Source: an uncultured Anaerolineaceae bacterium
GTDB taxonomy: Bacteria > Chloroflexota > Anaerolineae > Anaerolineales > E44-bin32
DNA length: 64,000 nucleotides
NCBI GenBank assembly: GCA_964475265.1
Contig: CAYYVY010000001.1
Coordinates: 21,390-85,389, forward strand
Reading direction: 5' to 3'
Each line of letters starts with the position of its first letter. Positions within the stretch are counted from its first letter, which is position 1. The notes beneath the pieces were generated by a model. The model worked only from the letters and a program-made list of their open reading frames with translations. It ran no database searches and was not told the origin of the DNA. This document shows, piece after piece, positions 27,460 to 36,875 of this stretch. The translations under genes were made by a program, and so were the position numbers.

Positions 27460-30400
27460 ATGCCGAAAAAGAAAGCAGAGCGAAAGTTCGTGCCATACGA
27501 TGGCAATGCCGCCGCAGCTCACGTAGCTTATGCTACGAATGAGGTGATCGCGATCTACCCCATCACACCTTCCTCACCTATGGGCGAGATTGCCGACGAG
27601 AAGGCAGTCAACGGTCAACCCAATATTTGGGGAACGGTCCCCAACGTGGTCGAAATGCAGGCAGAGGGCGGAGCTGCCGGAGCGGTCCATGGTGCTTTGA
27701 CGACCGGCGCTTTGACGACGACATTTACGGCCTCTCAGGGTCTGTTGTTGATGATCCCCAATATGTTCAAAATCGCTGGCGAACTGACGCCAGCTGTTTT
27801 TCACATCGCCGCACGTTCCGTCGCAGCGCAAGCGCTGTCGATTTTCGCTGACCACAGCGATGTAATGACCGCGCGATCCACTGGATGGGGTTTGCTCTCG
27901 TCCAACAGTCCCCAGGAAGTCATGGACATGGCACTGATCGCGCAAGCCGCCACTCTCGAAGCGAGCATTCCCTTCTTGCATTTTTTCGACGGTTTTCGTA
28001 CCTCGCACGAGATCCAGAAGATCGAAGAGCTGACCTATGACGACATGCGCGCTATGATCGACGATGAATGGGTCATTCGTCACCGCCAACGCGCCCTTTC
28101 CCCCGACCATCCCACGATCCGTGGAACGGCGCAAAATCCGGATGTATTTTTCGCCGCGCGCGAGACGGTCAATGCCTACTACCAAAGAGCGCCCCAGATC
28201 GTTCAGGGTGCGATGGACCGCTTCGCCAAGATCGTGGGGCGGCAGTATCACCTCTTTGATTACGTCGGAGCGCCGGACGCCGAACGCGTCGTGATCATGA
28301 TGGGCTCCGGTGCGGAGACGACACATGAAGTTGTAGAACACCTCATCAAACAAGGCGAAAAAGTCGGCTTGATCAAGGTCCGGCTATACCGTCCTTTCGA
28401 CGGTAATGCCTTGGTCGCCGCCCTGCCCAAGACCGTGCGCAGCATTTCGGTATTGGACCGCACCAAAGAGCCGGGCGCGGAAGGCGAACCGCTTTACCTG
28501 GATGTGCAAAACGCAATCGCCGAAGCTGTTACCGAAGGCCGTCTCAGCCGCGACGATATACCTCTCGTCGTAGGCGGTCGTTACGGATTGGGCTCACGCG
28601 AATACAACGCCGGCATGGCGAAATCGGTATTCGACAATCTGGCCGATGACAAGCCGAGGAATCATTTCACCGTTGGCATCGAAGATGACGTCACGCATAG
28701 CAATTTGCCTTGGGATAATTCGTTCTCGTCCTTGCCCGAGGGTGTCCATCAGGCGATGTTCTATGGCTTGGGCGGCGATGGTACCGTCGGTGCTAACAAG
28801 AACTCGATCAAGATCATCGGCAAGGCGACCGACAATTACGCGCAGGGGCACTTCGAATACGATTCGAAGAAATCCGGTTCAATGACTATCTCGCATCTGC
28901 GTTTCAGTCCAACCCCCATTCGCAGTACGTACTTGATCCAGCAGGCGGAATTCTTGGCCTGCCACGCATTCCAATTCCTCGAACGGGTGGATATCGTCAA
29001 GAACCTGAAACCGGGCGGCATTTTCCTGCTCAACAGCCAATATCCTGCTGATGAAGTCTGGGATCATCTGCCGTATGAAGTACAGCAGGCATTGATTGAT
29101 AAACAGGCCAAGTTTTACCTGATCGACGCCTATTCCCTTGCCGATTCGTTGGGATTGGGGGCGCGCATCAACGTCATCATGCAGTCGGCATTCTTCAGCA
29201 TCTCGGACGTTCTGCCAGAAGACAAGGCGATGAAGATGATGGAAATGGCCGTCGAAGACACCTATGGCGATAAAGGCAAATCCATCGTCGAGATGAACAT
29301 AAAATCTGCCAACCTCGCCCGGGAACGCATCCATGAGGTGGCGGTGCCGAAGAAAGCCACATCGGATATCCACATGCGTCCTCCGGTTCCGGAAGAGGCG
29401 CCTGAGTTTGTGCAGCAAGTGACGGGTGAGATGATCGCTCGACGCGGTGCGCAGATTCCCGTTTCCTTACTGCCGAACGATGGTACCTATCCCGTCGGAA
29501 CGACGCGCTTCGAAAAACGCAACATAGCTCTCGAGATCCCGGTTTGGGACCCCGAAGCCTGCATCCAATGCAACCAATGTGCCGTGGCTTGTCCACATGC
29601 CACGATTCGGCCCAAGGTTTACGATGCCTCGTTCGCCAACGGCGATTCTCCGGAGGGTTGGCAAGCCACAGCGGCCAAGGGTCGTGGTTTCGATGGCATG
29701 CTGTACACCTTGCAGGTCTCGCCTGAAGACTGCACCGGCTGCGGCGCATGCGTGCATGTTTGCCCGGCCTTCGCCAAGGACGAGGCAGGCAAGAAGACGG
29801 ACCGGAAAGCCATCAATATGGCAGCGCAACCGCCAATCCGCGAGCAGGAAGTCGCCAAGTGGAATTACTTCCTCTCCATTCCGGATCTGAATCCCGAGTT
29901 GTTCAACCGCTTCACGACCAAAGGATCGCAGTTCATGCGCCCGTTGTTCGAGTTTTCCGGGGCTTGTGCCGGATGCGGTGAAACTCCGTATGTTAAATTG
30001 CTGACCCAGCTTTTCGGCGATCGGCTGATCATCGCCAACGCCACGGGTTGTTCATCGATCTATGGCGGCAACTTGCCCACCACGCCTTATGCGCCGCGGG
30101 ACGATGGGCGCGGACCAACTTGGTCGAACTCGCTCTTCGAGGACAACGCTGAGTTCGGTTTTGGGATGCGGTTGACGGTGGACAAACTGTCGGACATCGC
30201 GCGTAGGCTGCTGGAAAAAGTCGATCTCGCCGATAAATCCGATTTGGTGGCGCAGATCAAATCCGCGGACCTGAGCACGCCGGAAGCAATCGAGGCCCAG
30301 CGGGCGCGCGTCGAGGAATTGAAATCGGCTCTTCAAGGGAGCAAGGATGCAGAGGCCAACAATCTGCTCAGTGTTGCCGATTACCTGGTGCCGAAGTCGG

Positions 30401-31041
30401 TGTGGATCGTGGGTGGAGATGGCTGGGCGTACGACATCGGCTTTGGCGGCCTGGATCACGTGCTGGCCTCCGGGCGCAATGTCAACGTACTCGTACTCGA
30501 CACCGGTGTGTATTCCAACACCGGCGGCCAATCCTCAAAAGCAACCCCGCGTGGCGCAGTGGCGAAATTTGCCGCTGCGGGCAAAGAGATGCCCAAGAAG
30601 GATCTCGGCTCCATTGTCATGAGCTATGGGAACATCTACGTAGCGCAGGTCGCCTACGGGGCGAACATGACCCAGCTCATCAAGGCCTTCCAGGAAGCTG
30701 AAGCTTACGATGGTCCTTCCTTGATCATCGCTTACAGTCACTGCATTGCACATGGCATCAACATGACCACAGCGACCGATTTGCACCAGGATGCTGAAGA
30801 TAGTGGGTTCTGGCCGCTCTTCCGCTTCAACCCAATGCTCTCGGAAGAAGGAAAAAACCCACTGCAGCTTGACTCCAAACCACCGAAAGAGGACATTTCG
30901 GAATTTGCCTATAAGCAAAACCGGTTCCGCTCCTTGCGCGCTGCAGACCCGGACCGGGCAGAAATGCTCTTGCAAGCCTTGCGGGATGATGTAATTGCTC
31001 GCTGGAAATTCTTCGAGCAAATGGCAAATCTCGACTTGTAG
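27460..31041 (+). CDS. nifJ: pyruvate:ferredoxin (flavodoxin) oxidoreductase
   Basis: About 1193 aa. Two 4Fe-4S motifs, CIQCNQCAVACP and CTGCGACVHVCP. TPP-binding region GGDGWAYDIGFGGLDH. The ATG at 27460 lies 6 nt after AAGGAG. Confidence 0.95.
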   Translation: MPKKKAERKFVPYDGNAAAAHVAYATNEVIAIYPITPSSPMGEIADEKAVNGQPNIWGTVPNVVEMQAEGGAAGAVHGALTTGALTTTFTASQGLLLMIPNMFKIAGELTPAVFHIAARSVAAQALSIFADHSDVMTARSTGWGLLSSNSPQEVMDMALIAQAATLEASIPFLHFFDGFRTSHEIQKIEELTYDDMRAMIDDEWVIRHRQRALSPDHPTIRGTAQNPDVFFAARETVNAYYQRAPQIVQGAMDRFAKIVGRQYHLFDYVGAPDAERVVIMMGSGAETTHEVVEHLIKQGEKVGLIKVRLYRPFDGNALVAALPKTVRSISVLDRTKEPGAEGEPLYLDVQNAIAEAVTEGRLSRDDIPLVVGGRYGLGSREYNAGMAKSVFDNLADDKPRNHFTVGIEDDVTHSNLPWDNSFSSLPEGVHQAMFYGLGGDGTVGANKNSIKIIGKATDNYAQGHFEYDSKKSGSMTISHLRFSPTPIRSTYLIQQAEFLACHAFQFLERVDIVKNLKPGGIFLLNSQYPADEVWDHLPYEVQQALIDKQAKFYLIDAYSLADSLGLGARINVIMQSAFFSISDVLPEDKAMKMMEMAVEDTYGDKGKSIVEMNIKSANLARERIHEVAVPKKATSDIHMRPPVPEEAPEFVQQVTGEMIARRGAQIPVSLLPNDGTYPVGTTRFEKRNIALEIPVWDPEACIQCNQCAVACPHATIRPKVYDASFANGDSPEGWQATAAKGRGFDGMLYTLQVSPEDCTGCGACVHVCPAFAKDEAGKKTDRKAINMAAQPPIREQEVAKWNYFLSIPDLNPELFNRFTTKGSQFMRPLFEFSGACAGCGETPYVKLLTQLFGDRLIIANATGCSSIYGGNLPTTPYAPRDDGRGPTWSNSLFEDNAEFGFGMRLTVDKLSDIARRLLEKVDLADKSDLVAQIKSADLSTPEAIEAQRARVEELKSALQGSKDAEANNLLSVADYLVPKSVWIVGGDGWAYDIGFGGLDHVLASGRNVNVLVLDTGVYSNTGGQSSKATPRGAVAKFAAAGKEMPKKDLGSIVMSYGNIYVAQVAYGANMTQLIKAFQEAEAYDGPSLIIAYSHCIAHGINMTTATDLHQDAEDSGFWPLFRFNPMLSEEGKNPLQLDSKPPKEDISEFAYKQNRFRSLRAADPDRAEMLLQALRDDVIARWKFFEQMANLDL

Positions 31042-31066
31042 GTAAAGTCGTGGCCGCGTTTTTCGA

Positions 31067-31100
31067 CTCCCCGCGTAACTCTATGCGGGGAGTTTTTTTT
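31067..31100 (+). terminator. rho-independent terminator after nifJ
   Basis: CTCCCCGC (31067-31074) / GCGGGGAG (31085-31092), followed by eight T. Confidence 0.8.
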
Positions 31101-31104
31101 GTTC

Positions 31105-31335
31105 TCAAATACGTTGAGGACTCGGCGTAATGCCGCCGCCTTGCGCGAGGCTGCTGCGAATTTCCGGAGCGAATGAGTCGAAATCTTTTCTCGCCAATCG
31201 CTGCAGCCACAGGGTTTCGATCGAAGCCAGATTATATCCTTCCAGCGCCCGTGACCGATCGTTGAAGAATAACTCTCGATATTCGCTGTCCATCACGGCG
31301 CGGATGATGATCGCCTGAACATCGTGCATCGACAT
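31105..31335 (-). CDS. NHLP-clan (nitrile-hydratase-leader-like, Os_1348-like) small protein, 76 aa
   Basis: The ATG at 31335 is preceded by GGGAGG with 5-nt spacing. MSMHDVQAIIIRAVMDSEYRELFFNDRSRALEGYNLASIETLWLQRL... matches the helical NHLP-type leader pattern as I remember it. The C-terminus reads ...SSLAQGGGITPSPQRI. Confidence 0.5.
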   Translation of the reverse strand: MSMHDVQAIIIRAVMDSEYRELFFNDRSRALEGYNLASIETLWLQRLARKDFDSFAPEIRSSLAQGGGITPSPQRI

Positions 31336-31448
31336 GTTCGCCTCCCTGTTCACAAATGCGAGCGTGAACGTCTATGGCTTCATCCTCTGAAACGATGCTC
31401 GCATTGAATTTGTGACGCAGTGGAGAGAGGCAGCAGTCGTGTGTAGTC

Positions 31449-32324
31449 TTACTTGGCGATGTTGGGGCGGAGAATATCGTGAAAGTGCGCCGGGAAACGG
31501 GTCGGCTTCCCCGTATTAATATCGATAAGCACCCAGTCGGTTTGAAGCTGCGCCAGGAGTGTGCCATCATTGGCGCGCGAGAAGGCGTAATATCGTGTGG
31601 CCGATGCTGCACGCAGATCGTAGAGCCAGGTCTTGATCTCCAATTCCTCATCGAATCGAGCCGCTTGGTGGTATTTGATGCGATTTTTGCGTGCCACGAA
31701 AGCGATCCCTGCTTCTTGCCAGCGGGAGAAGGGCCAGCCGAAAGCGGAGGCTAACCGCATGGCGCAATCTTCGGCATAAGAGAGATAAGCGGCGTTGGTG
31801 AGATGGCGCATGCCGTCTAGATCGCGCCACTCGATCCAGCGTTTGAGCGAGAACGCACCGGGTGGCGGTGAGGCAGGCTCAGGAAACGCTTGGCGGGTGA
31901 TGCTCTCCCCTTTTCCTCCCTCGGGGATGTAAGCTTTTGCCACCTCGGCTGGAATGCTGGCCGGTCTGAGGCTGTCGCGTTCCAGAAAAACCCAATCGCT
32001 GTAGCCCTTTGCAAGGACATTCTCGCTTGCGGGGTCAACGAAGTGATACGCCCTGCGCGAGATAACGCGACGGACGTCGATGACCCATGTGTGCACCTCG
32101 ATTTCGTCATCGGCTTGGATCGGGCGCAGATACTCGATCTCGCTTTCGCGGATTAGCCACAACCTTCCCATTTTTCGATAGGTGGCGTAGTCGAGCCCGA
32201 CGGACGCCGAGGCCTGGAAAGCAGCTTCCTGCATGAAGCGTAAGTAATTGGCGTTGTTCAGATGCCCATAGGCATCGCATTCATAGAAGCGGACAGTATA
32301 TTTTTCAACGTGCGTCGCAGGCAT
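31449..32324 (-). CDS. tandem double-hotdog acyl-CoA/acyl-ACP thioesterase (4HBT/YbgC-like x2)
   Basis: Two repeats of the 4HBT signature: YTVRFYECDAYGHLNNANYLRFMQEA and RWIEWRDLDGMRHLTNAAYLSYAED. Confidence 0.75.
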   Translation of the reverse strand: MPATHVEKYTVRFYECDAYGHLNNANYLRFMQEAAFQASASVGLDYATYRKMGRLWLIRESEIEYLRPIQADDEIEVHTWVIDVRRVISRRAYHFVDPASENVLAKGYSDWVFLERDSLRPASIPAEVAKAYIPEGGKGESITRQAFPEPASPPPGAFSLKRWIEWRDLDGMRHLTNAAYLSYAEDCAMRLASAFGWPFSRWQEAGIAFVARKNRIKYHQAARFDEELEIKTWLYDLRAASATRYYAFSRANDGTLLAQLQTDWVLIDINTGKPTRFPAHFHDILRPNIAK

Positions 32325-32355
32325 CTCTTATGTCCCCGCTGGTTTCAATCGTCTG

Positions 32356-33336
32356 CTACAAGTATCCATGTTCGCAATACCAGTCGTAGGCTTCTTGCGC
32401 AGCCTGGTGGAATGGTTTGGGGTTCTGCAAGTTTAATTCCCGTTTCGACTTCGTTGTGTCACAGTAGAGGTATTCACGCGTCATGCGCAGCTGTGCCCCG
32501 TTGAAGGGCAGCGGCAGCCATTTTCCCAGAATGTCGCAAAGCCAGGCTGCAGGTCCGATCGCTCGAGCCGGGATTTTTAGCCACGGTGCACGCCGTCCTG
32601 CAATTTCCGTCAGCGTGCTGAAAACCTGATAATGCGATAGATTTTCGCCGCCGAGAATGTAGCGTTCACCAGAACGCCCGCGGCTTGCTGCGGCGAGATG
32701 TCCGGCGACGACGTCGTCGATGTGTACCACGTTGATTCCGCCATCCATCCAGAAAAACCCCCAACCGCGCGCGGCTTCGGTGACCATCGCCCCACTGATT
32801 TGGTTGAGGTCACCCGGACCGATGACCACACTGGGGTTGACGATCACGACCTCCACACCTCGATCGATGTATTTGAGCGCTTCCAATTCCGATTCTCGTT
32901 TGGCGTAGCCGTAGGGAAATCGTTGCGGGGGCAGGTTGAAGGTGTGTTGTTCCGTGAGCAGTTCGTCGTGCTGTGGAACCCCCAAAGCGGCCACGGAGCT
33001 GGTGAGCACCACCCGCCTTACACCAGCGCCGGCAGCGGCGCTGAGGACGTTTCCCGTGCCCGCCACGGCGGTCTGCCGGACGAGTTCAGGCTGACGCCAA
33101 TAGGCGGATTGCGCCGCGGTGTGAAAGACAAGATCTACATTACGAAGCGCTTGTGGGAGCGTGTCGGGCCTTAAAATGTCCCCGACGTAATATTCGACAG
33201 GCATCCCTTGCAGCGCTTGCAGCGATGAGGATTGACGATGAAGCGCACGGACTTCGTAGCCGTGTGAAATCAAAGCACGACAAATGGACGACCCGATAAA
33301 TCCCGTCGCTCCGGTGACGAGGACCCGTTCAGTCAA
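32356..33336 (-). CDS. NAD(P)-dependent epimerase/dehydratase-family SDR (reductase-like)
   Basis: VLVTGATGFIGS Rossmann motif; YGYAK (YxxxK). It overlaps the upstream alpha-oxoamine synthase by 8 nt. Confidence 0.75.
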   Translation of the reverse strand: MTERVLVTGATGFIGSSICRALISHGYEVRALHRQSSSLQALQGMPVEYYVGDILRPDTLPQALRNVDLVFHTAAQSAYWRQPELVRQTAVAGTGNVLSAAAGAGVRRVVLTSSVAALGVPQHDELLTEQHTFNLPPQRFPYGYAKRESELEALKYIDRGVEVVIVNPSVVIGPGDLNQISGAMVTEAARGWGFFWMDGGINVVHIDDVVAGHLAAASRGRSGERYILGGENLSHYQVFSTLTEIAGRRAPWLKIPARAIGPAAWLCDILGKWLPLPFNGAQLRMTREYLYCDTTKSKRELNLQNPKPFHQAAQEAYDWYCEHGYL

Positions 33337-34510
33337 TCAAACCCAGCTCGCGGCCGACTTCGCCCAGGATATTGAGTGCCCGGTCGATTTGCTCGTCAGT
33401 GTGGGTGGCCATGTAGCTCGTTCGCAGCATACATTGATCCGGAGGAACGGCGGGAGAGATGACAGCGTTGGTGTAAAGGCCAGCTTCGAAGCACATCTTC
33501 CAAGCCATAAACGTCTCGGACATCTCGCCGATGTGGATGGGGATGATCGGGGTCACGCTGGGTTCCGTGTTGTACCCCATGGCTTGCAAGCCGGAGCGCA
33601 TGCGTTCCGTTACTTCCCAAAGGCGTTCGTTGTGCTCGGGTTCGGTCTCCATGATGTCCAAAGCCGCCAAGACCGCCGCAACGTTGGAGGCGGGCATCGA
33701 GGCGCTGAAAATCAAGGCGCGCGAGTTGTGTTGGATGTAATGAATGGTGCTTTCGTCGCCGGCGATAAAACCGCCGAGTGAAGCGAATGACTTGCTGAAC
33801 GTGCCCATCATCAGATCGACTTGATCCGTCACACCGAAGTGAGTTGATGTGCCTCGTCCTCCACCCATGACGCCGACACTGTGCGCGTCGTCGACCATCA
33901 AACGTGCGCCGTATTTCTGACAGATGGGGATCATATCCGGCAAGGGAGCCAAGTCTCCACCCATGCTGTACACGCCATCGACGACGACCATGCACCCCGT
34001 TTTATCATCGATCTTGCTTAAGACTCGCTCGAGGTGCTCCATGTTGTTGTGGTTGAAGCGCCGCATTTCACCGAGGGACATCATACAGCCATCGACGATG
34101 CTGGCGTGATCGTCTTTATCGGTTACGACAACGTCGCTGCGGCCGATCAGGCACGAGATGGTACCGACATTGGTCTGATAACCGGTGCTGAACACGAGCG
34201 CGGCTTCTTTGCCCACGAAATCCGCCAGACGCTGTTCGCATTCCTTGTGCAAAGCCAGCGTTCCGTTGAGAAAACGCGATCCCGTGCAGCTGGTACCATA
34301 GCGCTCGACGGCGTCCATTGCGGCTTTGCGCACTCGCGGATCGGTGGTCAGGCCGAGATAGTTGTTGGAACCGATCATCAGGATCTTGCGTCCATCGATG
34401 ATAACTTCCGTGCCTTCGGTATCTTCAAGCGGCAGGAAGTATGGATAAAGCCCTTCGGCTTGCATTTGACGTGCAATCGTATAATTGCGGCACTTCTCGA
34501 AAATGTCCAT
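33329..34510 (-). CDS. alpha-oxoamine synthase family PLP enzyme, serine palmitoyltransferase-like
   Basis: SNNYLGL, DDAHSVG, and PLP-lysine motif GTFSKSFASLGGF. By memory the GTFSKS..GGF context resembles bacterial SPT more than BioF or KBL. The N-terminus contains GLYPYF. Confidence 0.75.
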   Translation of the reverse strand: MDIFEKCRNYTIARQMQAEGLYPYFLPLEDTEGTEVIIDGRKILMIGSNNYLGLTTDPRVRKAAMDAVERYGTSCTGSRFLNGTLALHKECEQRLADFVGKEAALVFSTGYQTNVGTISCLIGRSDVVVTDKDDHASIVDGCMMSLGEMRRFNHNNMEHLERVLSKIDDKTGCMVVVDGVYSMGGDLAPLPDMIPICQKYGARLMVDDAHSVGVMGGGRGTSTHFGVTDQVDLMMGTFSKSFASLGGFIAGDESTIHYIQHNSRALIFSASMPASNVAAVLAALDIMETEPEHNERLWEVTERMRSGLQAMGYNTEPSVTPIIPIHIGEMSETFMAWKMCFEAGLYTNAVISPAVPPDQCMLRTSYMATHTDEQIDRALNILGEVGRELGLID

Positions 34511-34780
34511 TCCGATGTCCTTTCCTGGTGACGAATTCCCTTGGAAGGCATAACACCATCCAAGGTCTGTCGTTCTTATTCTTTGCTGCGGCTTACGGAA
34601 TTCGTTTGTGTGAATCCCAGGGACGATACACTTGTCGGTGACCGAACGTGCATTTGATCACTTCGAGAGGATAAATGTAGTTTGCCAGAATGTCAATTCT
34701 ATCGACGAGCGTTTCGACACGATGAAATCGCATGTCAACGATCGTATCTCGGGGGGATCGAGATCTCGAAGCACGATTTC

Positions 34781-34808
34781 TTGACTTTGGTATTCGGGAT
34801 TGTATAAT
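34781..34808 (+). promoter_or_regulatory. near-consensus sigma70 promoter for the serS leader
   Basis: TTGACT (34781-34786) - 16 nt - TATAAT (34803-34808). Confidence 0.65.
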
Positions 34809-34814
34809 CGGTCG

Positions 34815-35098
34815 AAAGATACTTCGACGTATTTTGACGTGCGCGGAGATCAGTAACCGGAGTGGCTTCAACAGAGAGTCGCTGTTGGGTGGAAGGCGAT
34901 GAGGCCGCGAGGCGAATCCCCTCCGCCGTTCCCTGCGAGGGAACCGTCGCTCCTGGAGGGACAGGCAGCTGTCGTAAAGGAGCCGGGTTCGCCCGTTACA
35001 GCGTTTCGAGGCCGCTGCGGCGGTGAATGCAGGTGGTACCACGAGCGCCCCCTCGTCCTGCGGAAGAGGGGGCGTATTCTGTGTACGAGGAGGCAGGC
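34815..35098 (+). promoter_or_regulatory. T-box leader (probable Ser specificity) upstream of serS
   Basis: AG-box AGAGAG (34873-34878). Distal-loop GGTGGAA (34888-34894). GAA followed by TCC (34914-34919) at the expected specifier position. Conserved T-box sequence GGTGGTACCACG (35032-35043). Terminator or sequestrator helix CGCCCCCTC (35046-35054) / GAGGGGGCG (35066-35074), then TATTCTGTGT. SD GAGGAGG lies 6 nt upstream of the ATG at 35099. Confidence 0.75.
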
Positions 35099-36394
35099 AT
35101 GATTGATATTCGTATCATTCGCGAGCATCCTGACGAGGTGAAAGCAGCTTTACAAAAGTTACAGGCTGAGGCGCCGATCGACGAGATTCTTGCCCTCGAC
35201 AGCGCCAGACGTGACATCCTTCAAGAAGTTGAAACGCTGCGACAAGAACGGAATGAAACCTCGGCGCAGATCGGAAAGATGAAAGACCAAAAGGAACGCC
35301 AACCGCTGATCGAAGCGATGCGTGTGGTCAACCAACAAATTTCCGATCTCGAGGAACGCTTGCGCGACACGGAGCAACACTTGGAAGAGGCCATGTACCG
35401 GGTTCCCAATCTTCCGCACGAAAGTGTGCCGGTGGGCAAGGATGAGAGTGAGAACATTGTCGTACGACAAGAGGGCGAACCCAGAAGCGAAGCAGATTTT
35501 GGTTTCGATCCTTTGCCGCACTGGGAGTTGGGCCCAAGTTTGGGCATAATCGATTTTGAACGCGGCGTAAAGCTTTCGGGAAGCCGCTTTTACGTCCTTT
35601 TTGGCCTTGGCGCTCGTTTGCAGCACGCCTTGATTCAATGGATGGTCAGCTATCACGTACAACAGCATGGCTACACCGAAGTCTACCCGCCTTACCTGGT
35701 GCGAGAAGAATGTATGTGGGGCGCAGGCCAGCTGCCGAAGTTCAACGACAACATCTATCGTGATGTCGAGGACGATTTGTGGCTGATCGGAACGGCGGAA
35801 ATTCCGGTGACCAATTTACATCGGGATGAGATATTTTCCGCAGAAGAGCTGACGAAGAAATACGTGGCATATTCGGCCTGTTTTCGCCGCGAGAAATTTT
35901 CCGCGGGGCGCGACGTGCGGGGAATCAAGCGCGGCCATCAGTTCGATAAAGTGGAGATGTATAAGTTCTGCAAGCCCGAGGACTCCTATGCGGAACTTGA
36001 AGCCCTGGTCAATGACGCGGAGGACATCTGCCGTGCCCTCGGAATCCCCCACCGCGTGGTCCAGATGGTGACCGCCGATCTGGGCTTTACCGCGGCCAAG
36101 AAATACGACATCGAAATCTGGGCGCCGGGTTGTGGGGAGTGGCTCGAGGCCAGTTCGTGCTCGAATTGCGAATCGTTTCAAGCTCGGCGGACGAAGATTC
36201 GTTATCGTCCTGCGCCCGATGCAAAGCCCGAATTTGTTCATACGTTAAACGGTTCGGGATTGGCCCTGCCGAGAACGATGATCGCCATTCTGGAAAACTA
36301 CCAGCAAGCGGACGGAAGCGTTGTGGTTCCGGAGGTGCTTCGTCCTTGGATGGGCGGCGTCGAAGTCATAGAAAGCAGCGAAAATGATGGTTGA
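35099..36394 (+). CDS. serS: serine--tRNA ligase
   Basis: [14 protein letters not shown], followed by an N-terminal coiled coil. Class II motifs [25 protein letters not shown] and [21 protein letters not shown]. Confidence 0.95.
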   Translation: MIDIRIIREHPDEVKAALQKLQAEAPIDEILALDSARRDILQEVETLRQERNETSAQIGKMKDQKERQPLIEAMRVVNQQISDLEERLRDTEQHLEEAMYRVPNLPHESVPVGKDESENIVVRQEGEPRSEADFGFDPLPHWELGPSLGIIDFERGVKLSGSRFYVLFGLGARLQHALIQWMVSYHVQQHGYTEVYPPYLVREECMWGAGQLPKFNDNIYRDVEDDLWLIGTAEIPVTNLHRDEIFSAEELTKKYVAYSACFRREKFSAGRDVRGIKRGHQFDKVEMYKFCKPEDSYAELEALVNDAEDICRALGIPHRVVQMVTADLGFTAAKKYDIEIWAPGCGEWLEASSCSNCESFQARRTKIRYRPAPDAKPEFVHTLNGSGLALPRTMIAILENYQQADGSVVVPEVLRPWMGGVEVIESSENDG

Positions 36395-36875
36395 TGGCTT
36401 ACTCATTATCGGCTGTGTGGTATTGATGATGATGGGCCTGATCGGGATAGTCTTTCCGGTCGTTCCGGATTTGATTCTGATCTGGGCTTCTGCTTTGGGA
36501 TATGGTTTGATTATCGACTGGGGCGAGCATGGACCGATTTACTTTACGGTGATATCCGTATTAGGGCTGGTAGGTCTCGCCACCGAATTTTGGGTCAGCG
36601 GTATCGGGGCGAAGCGCGGGGGAGCGTCGGGTGGTGCGATCTTGCTGGGTGCCGTGTTGGCTGTCGTGGCTTTTTTTGTGGCCGGACCGATCGGCGCCGT
36701 CGTCGCACTGCTGCTGGGAATTTTTATTGTGGAGTACATCCGTAAAAAGGACGTTGAAAGCGCCTCGCAGGCCATGATTGGTGCTGGGCTGGGTTGTGGG
36801 GCTTCGTTGGTGATTAAATTGCTGCTCGGCTTGGGGATGGTCGTGACCTGGGTGATCTGGGCATTTTCGGGCTAA
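36384..36875 (+). CDS. DUF456-family membrane protein
   Basis: 163 aa, 4 TM helices. The pattern [17 protein letters not shown]...[15 protein letters not shown] is typical of DUF456 as I recall it. Confidence 0.6.
   Translation: MMVDGLLIIGCVVLMMMGLIGIVFPVVPDLILIWASALGYGLIIDWGEHGPIYFTVISVLGLVGLATEFWVSGIGAKRGGASGGAILLGAVLAVVAFFVAGPIGAVVALLLGIFIVEYIRKKDVESASQAMIGAGLGCGASLVIKLLLGLGMVVTWVIWAFSG

Noticed and set aside
27574-28353. 259-aa ORF antisense inside nifJ, plus many other 60-190-aa ORFs inside nifJ
   Set aside because: nifJ is a continuous 1193-aa PFOR with all its cofactor motifs. The internal ORFs are frame shadows.
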